A DNA stretch of 64,000 nucleotides. Origin: an uncultured Chloroflexia bacterium. GTDB lineage: Bacteria > Chloroflexota > Limnocylindria > Limnocylindrales > CSP1-4. The DNA lies in assembly GCA_963748625.1 (NCBI GenBank), contig CAVVJT010000007.1, forward strand, positions 160,001-224,000. Reading direction: 5' to 3'. This document shows positions 1 through 8,056 of this stretch, piece by piece. The notes beneath the pieces are model-generated. The model worked only from the letters and a program-made list of their open reading frames with translations, searched no databases and was not told the DNA's origin. The position numbers and the translations under genes are program-made. The stretch's first letter is position 1, and each line of letters starts with the position of its first letter.

Positions 1-951
1 GCGCAGTCGATCCTCCAAGCCCCGACCGGCCCCCTTCCGCTCGCGGGGGTCTTCGAGATCCACCTCCTGGCAGCGGCCACGATCCTCGCGCTGGTCGCGC
101 TGCCATGGGCGCTCAGGGGTGGGCGCAGCCGCGCATGGGCGACCCTCGTGGTGGTGGCCGTGGTGGGCGTGACGATCGCGAGGGCCGGCGGGGAGCTCTT
201 CTCGCTCCAGCCGGCTGCGGCGACAGATGGCGGCGCAACCACGCTCACCGTCCTCACCTGGAACCTGGAGATGGGGTCGAAGGCTGCGGGAGCAAGCGTC
301 GAGGGGATCGCCGGGATGGACGCCGACGTGGTCGCGCTCCAGGAGCTCACGCAGGACGTCGCCGCGGCGATCGAAGCCGACGGAACGCTGGCGTCGAGGT
401 ACCCGTACCGCATCCTCGAACCGCGGGAGGGCGTCGACGGGATGGGCATCCTCTCGCGCCTGCCACTGGCGGCCATCGACTCCCAGCAGGAGCCGCTCAT
501 CCTGCGGGCCGGGTTGCAGCTCCCCGACGGGCGCACGATCGAGGTGCTCAACGTGCATCCGTACCCGCCCGGAATCTCACTTGTGCGCCGGTTCCCTGTG
601 GGCCTCGACACGCGACGCCTGGACGAGGACCTGGCCATGGTCGCGTCCCGGGCCGACGGGGTCCCGGTTGGGGCGGTGCTCGTGGTGGGCGACCTCAACA
701 CCACGCCGACGGAACCCGGGTTCGCCGCCCTGACCCAAGGCCTGACCGATGCTCACGCGTCCGTGGGGACCGGTCCGGGGTTCACGTGGCGACCCAGCTC
801 GCTGGAGGGTCTAGGGGTCGGGTTCCTGCGCCTCGACCACGTCCTGGCCGGATCGATGCTGACGCCCGTGGCCGCGGTGACGGACTGCTCGATCCCCGGC
901 GACCACTGCCGGCTCCTCGTCACGCTGCGGGTGGCAGACGCCGCCGACTGA
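1..951 (+). CDS. Endonuclease/exonuclease/phosphatase (EEP) family protein, 5' end outside window
   Basis: Frame is open from base 1 to TGA at 951. Motifs LTWNL, DVVALQE, VVGDLNT, RLDHVL and GDH; hydrophobic N-terminal part. Confidence 0.85.
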   Translation, partial: AQSILQAPTGPLPLAGVFEIHLLAAATILALVALPWALRGGRSRAWATLVVVAVVGVTIARAGGELFSLQPAAATDGGATTLTVLTWNLEMGSKAAGASVEGIAGMDADVVALQELTQDVAAAIEADGTLASRYPYRILEPREGVDGMGILSRLPLAAIDSQQEPLILRAGLQLPDGRTIEVLNVHPYPPGISLVRRFPVGLDTRRLDEDLAMVASRADGVPVGAVLVVGDLNTTPTEPGFAALTQGLTDAHASVGTGPGFTWRPSSLEGLGVGFLRLDHVLAGSMLTPVAAVTDCSIPGDHCRLLVTLRVADAAD

Positions 952-989
952 TCCGTTCGCGCCGGGGCGTGCCAGGCCTGCGCCCGCCC

Positions 990-1150
990 GCGATTTCATC
1001 CCCACGCGCATGGATTCGGCCAACAACACCCGTGGGGATCAGATCCGCCCGGACCGTGCGGAGGTCACGCACCGCACCCCGGGTTCACCGTCCGAGCCCT
1101 GCACGGACTCCCCGGATTCCACTCCGCGGATTGTTGGCCAATTCGATCCA
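990..1150. repeat. Intergenic repeat family A, copy 1 (long imperfect terminal inverted repeats; right arm cut by IS110 end)
   Basis: GGATTCGGCCAACAA (~1012-1026) is inverted to TTGTTGGCCAATTCGATCC (1131-1149). The core TCCGAGCCCTGCACGG matches 26534-26549 in reverse complement. Confidence 0.75.
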
Positions 1151-1545
1151 AGCTCCTATAACGTCAAGGGGCAATCTGCGCGGGTTCCGCTCCAGCCAGC
1201 AGCGCCGCGAAGACGTGCCGGACGAGGTGCCGCTTGAGGCATCGCAGGGCCTCCCGGTACGACTTGCCCTCCTCGCGCTTGCGCGCCAGGTAGGCCCGCG
1301 CCCGCGGGTCGGACCTCGCCTGCCAGACCGCGATCGTCCAGAACGCCCGGTTGACCCGCCGGTTGCCGCGCCGGTTGTGCCGGACCCGGCTGGTCCGGCC
1401 CGAGCTGGCCGGCAGCGGGGCGATGCCCGCGAACATCGCGAAGGCGTCGTCGTCGCGGAACCGGGCCACGTCGCCCGCCTCGCCCCGGATGACCGCGGCG
1501 CTGATGATCCCGAGCCCCGGGATCGCGAGCAGCCTGAACGGAGCC
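1151..1545 (-). mobile_element. IS110 family insertion sequence remnant (C-terminal transposase domain plus right end)
   Basis: Minus strand reads LLAIPGLGIISAAVIRGEAGDVARF..FAMFAGIAPLPASSG..GNRRVNRAF..EALRCLKRHL to the stop at 1164, followed by TTGACGTTATAGGAGCT. The N-terminal DEDD domain is absent. Confidence 0.88.
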
Positions 1546-1573
1546 CGGCTGGGACGGCCCGCGAGCGCCTGCC

Positions 1574-2407
1574 TCAGTCGACGAGGTCGATCGACTCCCC
1601 CGGGCTGAGGATCTGCACCGGCACGTCGGGTGCGAGCCGTGCTGCGGCATCCGCGAAGAGACGGCCCGGCCGCTCGAACGGCTTGGGGACCACGGACCGC
1701 AGCAGGGCCGGGTAGAACGTCCCCCAGTGGATGGGCACCGCCAGCTTCGGCCGGAGCAGCGCCGCCGCCTGGGCCGCGCGCTCCGGGTCCATGTGGCCAG
1801 GGCCGATGTTGGGACCCCAGCCCCAGACCGGGAGGAGGGCCACATCGAGCGTCCCCGCCATGTCGGCCATCGCCGGGAAGATGTCGGTGTCACCCGGGAA
1901 GTAGATGGTCTTCGAGCCCTCGATGACGCAGCCGATGGGCGGCCCTTCCGGCCCGAACGGCTCCCGGCGCCGTGAGTGCAGCGCCTCGGTGACGGTGAAG
2001 TGCACGCGGTCGATCGTGAGCCGGTCGCCGGGCTCCACCTCCTCCACCGGGCCCAGGTCGAACTTGCGGACCATGTCGCCGAACCCCTTGGGCACGATGA
2101 CCGTGGGTCGCCCGGGGATCTGGCGCAGGGACGGGATGTCGAGGTGGTCGTGGTGCCCGTGGCTGATGAACACGGCGTCGAGGTCGGCGAACAGCTCGGG
2201 GAGCACGGCCTGCACCTGGCGCCGAACCGGTCCCAGGCCGTCCCGCAGCACGGGGTCGGTCAGGATGCGCAGGTCGTCCACCTCGATCAGGAGGGTCGCA
2301 TGCCCGAGGAAGGTGAGACGGGCGCGCTCCGGCCCGGACGCCCTGGCGGGCGCGGCGGCGCGGACGGATCGCCACGTGGCATCGACGGCGGCGGGGCGGG
2401 GCGGCAT
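1574..2407 (-). CDS. MBL-fold metallo-hydrolase (Lactamase_B_2-like)
   Basis: Motifs TFLGHATLLIE, LTDP, SHGHHDHLD, YFPGDT, PIHWGTF. Start estimated at ATG 2407. Confidence 0.88.
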   Translation of the reverse strand: MPPRPAAVDATWRSVRAAAPARASGPERARLTFLGHATLLIEVDDLRILTDPVLRDGLGPVRRQVQAVLPELFADLDAVFISHGHHDHLDIPSLRQIPGRPTVIVPKGFGDMVRKFDLGPVEEVEPGDRLTIDRVHFTVTEALHSRRREPFGPEGPPIGCVIEGSKTIYFPGDTDIFPAMADMAGTLDVALLPVWGWGPNIGPGHMDPERAAQAAALLRPKLAVPIHWGTFYPALLRSVVPKPFERPGRLFADAAARLAPDVPVQILSPGESIDLVD

Positions 2408-2591
2408 GACGTCATGGTGCCGTAAAAGGTGGACGGCCGCCCGAGCAGACCACAATCCGCCGCCGCAACGTGAAACCTTGGACCGCAAACATGTATCAAA
2501 GGGGTGGGCCACACATAGCACTAACGGCCTCTTGTGTCCTGCGTCCTGACCACTGACGCTGTCGCCCAACGTCTGCCCGAGGTGTCCCCCG

Positions 2592-2867
2592 TTGCTCTCC
2601 CAGATGCTCGGACGCGATCGCGCCAAACGCGAGGCCCTCGTGTCCGGGCGCGTGGTGGCCGAGGCCTCCCGGTGCGTGGAGTGCGGGATCTGCGCCTACA
2701 ACTGCCCGCTGGGCATCGACGTGCGCAGCCACGCCCGCCAGGGCATCCCGGTGGCGGACAACCGCTGCCTCACGTGCGGTGAGTGCGTCGCCCGGTGTCC
2801 ACGCGGCACGCTTCGCTTCGAGACATCGGCGGTGTTCACGGGAGACCTCGAGGTCGTGGGCCGATGA
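2592..2867 (+). CDS. 2x[4Fe-4S] ferredoxin
   Basis: CVECGICAYNCP and CLTCGECVARCP. Stop overlaps the next ATG (ATGA). Start may be ATG 2604. Confidence 0.9.
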   Translation: MLSQMLGRDRAKREALVSGRVVAEASRCVECGICAYNCPLGIDVRSHARQGIPVADNRCLTCGECVARCPRGTLRFETSAVFTGDLEVVGR

Positions 2868-4180
2868 GCGCCAGGTACGTGGTCGTGGGCAACGGCGCGG
2901 CCGGGGCATCAGCGGCATGGGCCCTCCGGGCCCGCGATCCCGAGGCCGACATCACCATCGTGGGCGACGAGAAGGTCCCGTTCTACTCGCGGCCCGGGCT
3001 CGCCTACATGCTGCTGGGCGTGATCCCGGACAAGCAGGTGTTCTCGCGTCCCGACAAGCGCTACCAGGAGGCCCGCATCAACCGGGTGACTGCCAGGGTG
3101 GCCGCGATCGAGCCCGCGCCCCACAGGCTGCTCACCGAGGACGGCAGGGTGCTCCGCTACGACCGTCTGCTGCTCGCACTGGGCGCCGGCGCCACCTTGC
3201 CCTCCATCCCCGGCATCGATCTCGAGGGCGTGGTCACGCTCGATGACTACGAGGGCACCAAGGAGATCATCAAGCTCGCCTCCAAGGCGAAGCGGGCCGT
3301 CGTCGTGGGTGGTGGCATCACCGCCCTCGAGCTCGCGGAGGGCCTGGTGGCCCGCGGTGTCGAGACGCACTACCTCATGCGCGGAGAGCGCTACTGGGCG
3401 AACGTGCTCGACCCGTCCGAGTCCGCCCTGGTCGAGGAGCACCTCGTCGCGGGCGGCATGCGGCTCCACAAGGGCGTGGAGCTCGCCGAGGTCATCGGGC
3501 GCAAGGGCAAGGTCAGCGGCGTCCTCACCAAGGACGGGCGCGAGATCGCCTGCGACATGGTCGGCGTGGCGATCGGCGTGCAGCCGCGCACGGGCCTCGC
3601 CTCCGCGATCGGCCTGCGGACCGGCCGCGGGATCTTCGTGTCGGAGTCGTTCGAGACCGACCTTCCGGACATCTACGCCGCGGGCGACTGTGCCGAGGTC
3701 TTCGACCCCGCGACCGGGAGGCGCTCCGTGGACGCGCTCTGGTCGATCGCCAACGAGCAGGGCCGCGTGGCCGCCGACAACATGGCGGGCCACCGCACCA
3801 CCTACCTGCGCCCTGCCCCGTTCAACGTGACCAAGATCGGGGGCATCACCACCACCGTCATCGGCGCGGTGGGCACCGGCGCCAAGGACGACGACCTCGT
3901 GTCGCTCTCGCGCGGCGACACCTTCGTCTGGCGCGAGCAGCTCGCCGACTTCACCACGGTCACCACGCACGGCACCAACCGCCTGCGCCTTGTCGTGGGC
4001 CATGACCGCATCGCCGGTGCGGTGGTCATGGGCGACCAGGCCCTCTCGCGCCGCCTCCAGCACATCGTGCGCGCACCAATCGACATCTCCCACGTCCGCG
4101 AGCACCTGCTCGACGGCTCCAACGACCTGCGCTCGGTCCTTGCGTCCCTGGCCGAGGGGAGCGCCATGGGTGTCACGTAA
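2864..4180 (+). CDS. NAD(P)/FAD-dependent oxidoreductase (pyridine nucleotide-disulphide family, NirB/rubredoxin reductase-like)
   Basis: VVVGNGAAG FAD site, VVVGGGITALE NAD site, IYAAGD motif. Confidence 0.9.
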   Translation: MSARYVVVGNGAAGASAAWALRARDPEADITIVGDEKVPFYSRPGLAYMLLGVIPDKQVFSRPDKRYQEARINRVTARVAAIEPAPHRLLTEDGRVLRYDRLLLALGAGATLPSIPGIDLEGVVTLDDYEGTKEIIKLASKAKRAVVVGGGITALELAEGLVARGVETHYLMRGERYWANVLDPSESALVEEHLVAGGMRLHKGVELAEVIGRKGKVSGVLTKDGREIACDMVGVAIGVQPRTGLASAIGLRTGRGIFVSESFETDLPDIYAAGDCAEVFDPATGRRSVDALWSIANEQGRVAADNMAGHRTTYLRPAPFNVTKIGGITTTVIGAVGTGAKDDDLVSLSRGDTFVWREQLADFTTVTTHGTNRLRLVVGHDRIAGAVVMGDQALSRRLQHIVRAPIDISHVREHLLDGSNDLRSVLASLAEGSAMGVT

Positions 4181-4844
4181 TCAGGAACTCGTCGCCGCGC
4201 TGATCACGGTCATCGTGGTCTCGGCGCTCTATATCGGCCTCTCGGCGTACTGGGGCGTGCCGCCCTCCTCTGGCCCCCTCGGCCACGGCATTGGCGTCAT
4301 CGGGTTCGGCCTGATGCTCCTGACCGAGGTCGGCTACTCGAGCCGCAAGCGCTCCACCGGCCGGCCCCGGGGCACGATGGCCTCGTGGCTGGGCTTCCAC
4401 ATCTACACGGGGATCGTGGGGCCGTATCTCGTGCTGCTGCACACCGCGTGGCACTTCAACGGCCTGGCCGGGCTGCTCACGCTGATGATGGCCATGGTCG
4501 TGATCTCCGGGTTCATCGGGCGCTACATCTACACCGCGGTGCCGCGGACTGCTGACGGCGCCATCCTCGAGGCGGCGGAGATCAGCCGGCTGCTCGACGA
4601 GGCCCGCGCCGAGGCCGAGGCCGCCCACGCCGCAGGAGCGACGCGCGACCAGGCCGCCCTCAAGCGCGAGAAGGCCGCCACGAAGCGCCTGCGCACGCTC
4701 GAGCGCCAGATGGCCTCGCTGCGCTGGGCACGGCGGGCGCTCGCGACCTGGCACACCCTCCACATCCCGCTCGGCATGGCCATGTTCGTGACCGCGTTCG
4801 CGCACATCGCCGGCGCCCTCTACTTCGCAACGCTCTCCTGGTGA
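4170..4844 (+). CDS. Integral membrane protein with intramembrane histidines (putative cytochrome b-like)
   Basis: GTG at 4170 after GAGGGGA. About 5-6 hydrophobic segments with LGH, WLGFH..LLH, WHTLH and FAH. Confidence 0.7.
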   Translation: MSRNQELVAALITVIVVSALYIGLSAYWGVPPSSGPLGHGIGVIGFGLMLLTEVGYSSRKRSTGRPRGTMASWLGFHIYTGIVGPYLVLLHTAWHFNGLAGLLTLMMAMVVISGFIGRYIYTAVPRTADGAILEAAEISRLLDEARAEAEAAHAAGATRDQAALKREKAATKRLRTLERQMASLRWARRALATWHTLHIPLGMAMFVTAFAHIAGALYFATLSW

Positions 4845-4848
4845 TGCC

Positions 4849-7065
4849 ATGACGATGCAGCGACGACCGTTCGGATGCCTCACCGGGATCGCCCTGGTGT
4901 TCGGCACGCTGACCGTGATCCTGCTCGTGGCGGCGGCCCTCGCGACCGCCAACGGCATCTTCGCGCCCGGTCCCCTCAACGCGGAGAAGGCGGAGACCGC
5001 CCTGCACGGGATCAGCTCCCACGCGGACCTCGCCGGCCGGTGCGACGCGTGCCACGCCCAGGCCTGGTCGGCTGAGCGGATGGCTGACAAGTGCCTCGCC
5101 TGCCATGAGAGCGTCGGTGACGAGCTTGCCGCCGGCACGGGCCTCCACGGCCGGTTCGCAACGTCAGGGCAGTGCCGCGGCTGCCACACGGAGCACGGCG
5201 GAACCACGGCCTCGCTCACGGTCGCGAACCCGGCCACCTTCCCGCACGCCAAGACCGGCTTCTGGCTGGATGCGCATCCCGTCGCCCAGCGGCTCGACGC
5301 GTTCACGTGCGCGGACTGCCACCAGGACTCGGTGAGCAAGTTCACGGCCTCCTCCTGCCAGACCTGCCACACCGAGGAGGACCCCGCCTACATGGCGGAG
5401 CACGTGGATGCGTTCGGCACCGGGTGTCGCAACTGCCACGATGGCATCGACACCTACGGCGCGGACTTCGCCCACGCGAGCTGGAAGCTCGAGGGCAAGC
5501 ACGCGGACACGTCGTGCGCGATGTGCCACGCGGGCGACACGACCATCCTCGAGCTCCAGGACACCTCGACCGCCTGCATCTCCTGCCATGCCAAGGAGGA
5601 CATCCACGAGCGGCGCCTGGGCTCGGACTGCGCCAGCTGCCACACGGCTGCCACGTGGGAGGAAGCGCCCGACGACTTCGACCATGACCAGACGACGTTC
5701 GCGCTCAAGGGCGGTCACACCGAGGTCGAGTGCCTCGGGTGCCACGTGGACCGGGCGTGGACCGGCATCGGGACGACCTGCGAGTCCTGCCACGCCGCGG
5801 ACGACCCGCACAACGGGCAGTTCGACCAGCCGTGCGCCTCGTGCCACACCGAGTCGGACTGGAAGGAGACGACGTTCGACCACGCGACGACGCGCTTTGC
5901 GCTGGTTGACGCGCATGCGAAGCCGGAGTGCTCCGCCTGCCATGCGGACGGGAAGTTCACGGGCACCCCGATGACCTGCTATGCCTGCCACAAGGCGGAT
6001 GACGAGCACAAGGGCAACGTCGGCAAGCAGTGCGAGGAGTGCCACGTCGCCACGACCTGGGCGGACACCACCTTCACCCACGCCCAGTCCGACTTCCACC
6101 TCACCGGCGCCCACACGGATGCGCTCTGCGTGAAGTGTCACGCGACGCTGACCGAGTACCGCGGCACACCCACCACGTGCTTCGCCTGCCACAAGGACGA
6201 CGATGAGCACAAGGGCGAGTTCGGGACGGACTGTGCCTCCTGCCACAACACCCGCGACTGGGACGACGTGACGTTCGACCATGCGAAGACCGACTTCCCG
6301 CTCACGGGTGCCCATCGCTCGGCGACGTGCTCCAAGTGCCACACGGACTCGACGTTCAAGAACACACCAACCTCGTGCGTGTCCTGCCACCGCGCCGACG
6401 ACGCCCACAACGGGTCGCTGGGCACGAACTGCGCGAAGTGCCACTCCACCCGGGCTTGGGAGCCGGCCACGTTCGACCACGCCACCACCGGTTTCAAGCT
6501 GACCGGCGCCCACGTGAGCACCACCTGCCGGAAGTGCCACACGAGCACGACCTACGCGAACGTCCCGAGCACCTGCTACGGCTGCCACAAGCAGGACGAC
6601 GAGCACAACGGCGGTTTCGGGACCAAGTGCAACGCCTGCCACACGACCCGCAGCTGGTCCGGGGCGACGGTTGATCACAGCAAGACGGACTTCCCGCTCA
6701 CGGGCGCCCACAAGTCCGTGAGCTGCGCGAAGTGCCACAAGAACAACGTGTACTCGGGCACGCCCACGGCCTGCAATGCCTGCCACAGCAAGCCGAGCAC
6801 GCACCAGCCGGATTCGTTCTCCGCCTGCAGGAGCTGCCACACAACCGGGGCGTGGAAGCCCGCCGACTTCAACCAGGCGCACTCGTTCCCGATGGGACAC
6901 CGCAACGCCGACGGCGTCTGCAGCAAATGCCACACGGGTTCGTGGGCGGTCTACACGTGCTCGCGGTGCCACTCGGACACGAAGATGAACGAGAAGCACA
7001 GGGAGGTCTCAGGCTTCTCGCTGAACACGTGTGCGAAGTGCCACCCCAAGGGCGAGGGAGACTGA
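4849..7065 (+). CDS. Membrane-anchored or exported multiheme cytochrome c, 30 CxxCH motifs
   Basis: 30 CxxCH motifs counted by eye. N-terminal RR plus hydrophobic helix; ~66 aa repeating tri-heme module. Confidence 0.95.
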   Translation: MTMQRRPFGCLTGIALVFGTLTVILLVAAALATANGIFAPGPLNAEKAETALHGISSHADLAGRCDACHAQAWSAERMADKCLACHESVGDELAAGTGLHGRFATSGQCRGCHTEHGGTTASLTVANPATFPHAKTGFWLDAHPVAQRLDAFTCADCHQDSVSKFTASSCQTCHTEEDPAYMAEHVDAFGTGCRNCHDGIDTYGADFAHASWKLEGKHADTSCAMCHAGDTTILELQDTSTACISCHAKEDIHERRLGSDCASCHTAATWEEAPDDFDHDQTTFALKGGHTEVECLGCHVDRAWTGIGTTCESCHAADDPHNGQFDQPCASCHTESDWKETTFDHATTRFALVDAHAKPECSACHADGKFTGTPMTCYACHKADDEHKGNVGKQCEECHVATTWADTTFTHAQSDFHLTGAHTDALCVKCHATLTEYRGTPTTCFACHKDDDEHKGEFGTDCASCHNTRDWDDVTFDHAKTDFPLTGAHRSATCSKCHTDSTFKNTPTSCVSCHRADDAHNGSLGTNCAKCHSTRAWEPATFDHATTGFKLTGAHVSTTCRKCHTSTTYANVPSTCYGCHKQDDEHNGGFGTKCNACHTTRSWSGATVDHSKTDFPLTGAHKSVSCAKCHKNNVYSGTPTACNACHSKPSTHQPDSFSACRSCHTTGAWKPADFNQAHSFPMGHRNADGVCSKCHTGSWAVYTCSRCHSDTKMNEKHREVSGFSLNTCAKCHPKGEGD

Positions 7066-7070
7066 CCTCG

Positions 7071-7139
7071 GGCGGTGGCGCGCCCGCACTCTCGGCGGCG
7101 CAGCGCCCGCACTCGCGGCGGTGGCGCGCCCGCACGACT
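7071..7139. repeat. Three tandem 23-bp repeats (GGCGGTGGCGCGCCCGCACTC..)
   Basis: Units start at 7071, 7094 and 7117. Confidence 0.8.
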
Positions 7140-7144
7140 TGATC

Positions 7145-7310
7145 AGGCTCGCGCCGGGTGGGAGCCATCCGGCGCGACGTGCGCATACCACACCTGGGGT
7201 GCGCCAACGGACCCGACGCGGCCTTCGGACCGCCATACGCCCACCAGGCAGGAGCAAACGCATCTCCCGGCCCGGTGACATCCGCTACGTCCCACCTGGC
7301 GGGAGATTGG
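7145..7310 (+). repeat. Intergenic repeat family B, copy 1 (four palindromic CCCACCnGGTGGG-like units)
   Basis: Units near 7146, 7185, 7235 and 7285; spacing 40/50/51 is the same as at 38001-38165. Confidence 0.75.
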
Positions 7311-7322
7311 CAACGCGGGGGG

Positions 7323-7370
7323 TTGACATTCAGCATTCATCATGCATCCTAACGTTCAGCAATTGCTGAA
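7323..7370 (+). promoter_or_regulatory. Sigma70-type promoter with palindromic operator for the ArsR-MFS operon
   Basis: TTGACA at 7323-7328, perfect palindrome TTCAGCAATTGCTGAA at 7355-7370, extra half-site TTCAGCA at 7329. Confidence 0.7.
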
Positions 7371-8056
7371 TGGTTAGTGGAGCACAAACGTTGACCCCCG
7401 ACGGAACACCCGCCCAGGAGCGCGATCTCGACCCCGGCTTCGAGCCGGAGGAGGTCCGGTACATCCGCGACGTCGAGACGCTCAAGGCGCTCTCCGACCC
7501 CACCCGGGTGCGGATCCTGGAGGTCATGGTCCAGCGCCGGTCCCCGGCCTGGTCGGTCAAGGAGATCGCGGCAGCCCTCGGCGTGCCGCCGACGCGCCTC
7601 TACCACCACGTGGACCTGCTGTTGGCTCAGGATCTCCTGCGGCCGGTGGAGCGCCGCGTGGTGTCCGGGATCATCGAGACCCGGTACGTCCCGGCCGCCC
7701 GGTCCTTCCAGCTCGACCGCTCGCTGTTCGCGGGCGATGGAGCCGAAGGCCTGGCGGTCCTCCACGAGACGATGGTCGCGGTGTTCGACACCGCGCGCTC
7801 GGAGGTCGAGCGAGCGATCCGAGCCGGTGCCGCCGATCCGGGTGACACCGGCGACGAGAGCCGGCGCCTCCTCGTCTCGCGCGGCCTCACCCACCTCACG
7901 CCCGCCCGTGCCGCTGAGCTTCGTGCCCGCCTGCAAGCCCTCGCCGATGAGTTCGGGGGCGAGCAGGACCCGGTGGATGCGCCCGGCGCCCTGACCTACG
8001 GACTGGTCGTGGCGGTCTATCCCCTCCTCGATCCCCAGGAGTCCCCCGATGACTGA
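7370..8056 (+). CDS. ArsR-like helix-turn-helix transcriptional regulator
   Basis: LKALSDPTRVRIL..SVKEIAAALGVPPTRLYHHV. True start may be TTG 7391 (GGAG upstream). Confidence 0.88.
   Translation: MVSGAQTLTPDGTPAQERDLDPGFEPEEVRYIRDVETLKALSDPTRVRILEVMVQRRSPAWSVKEIAAALGVPPTRLYHHVDLLLAQDLLRPVERRVVSGIIETRYVPAARSFQLDRSLFAGDGAEGLAVLHETMVAVFDTARSEVERAIRAGAADPGDTGDESRRLLVSRGLTHLTPARAAELRARLQALADEFGGEQDPVDAPGALTYGLVVAVYPLLDPQESPDD

Noticed and set aside
955-1150. Bridge RNA of the IS110
   Set aside because: The region lies outside the apparent IS right end and is explained by host repeat family A.
105-1715. 536 aa ORF and many other long Arg/Gly/Pro-rich ORFs in the track (e.g. 5164-6999, 31121-33178, 58047-60263)
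   Set aside because: These are shadow frames overlapping well-supported genes, as expected in high-GC DNA, and carry no motifs.
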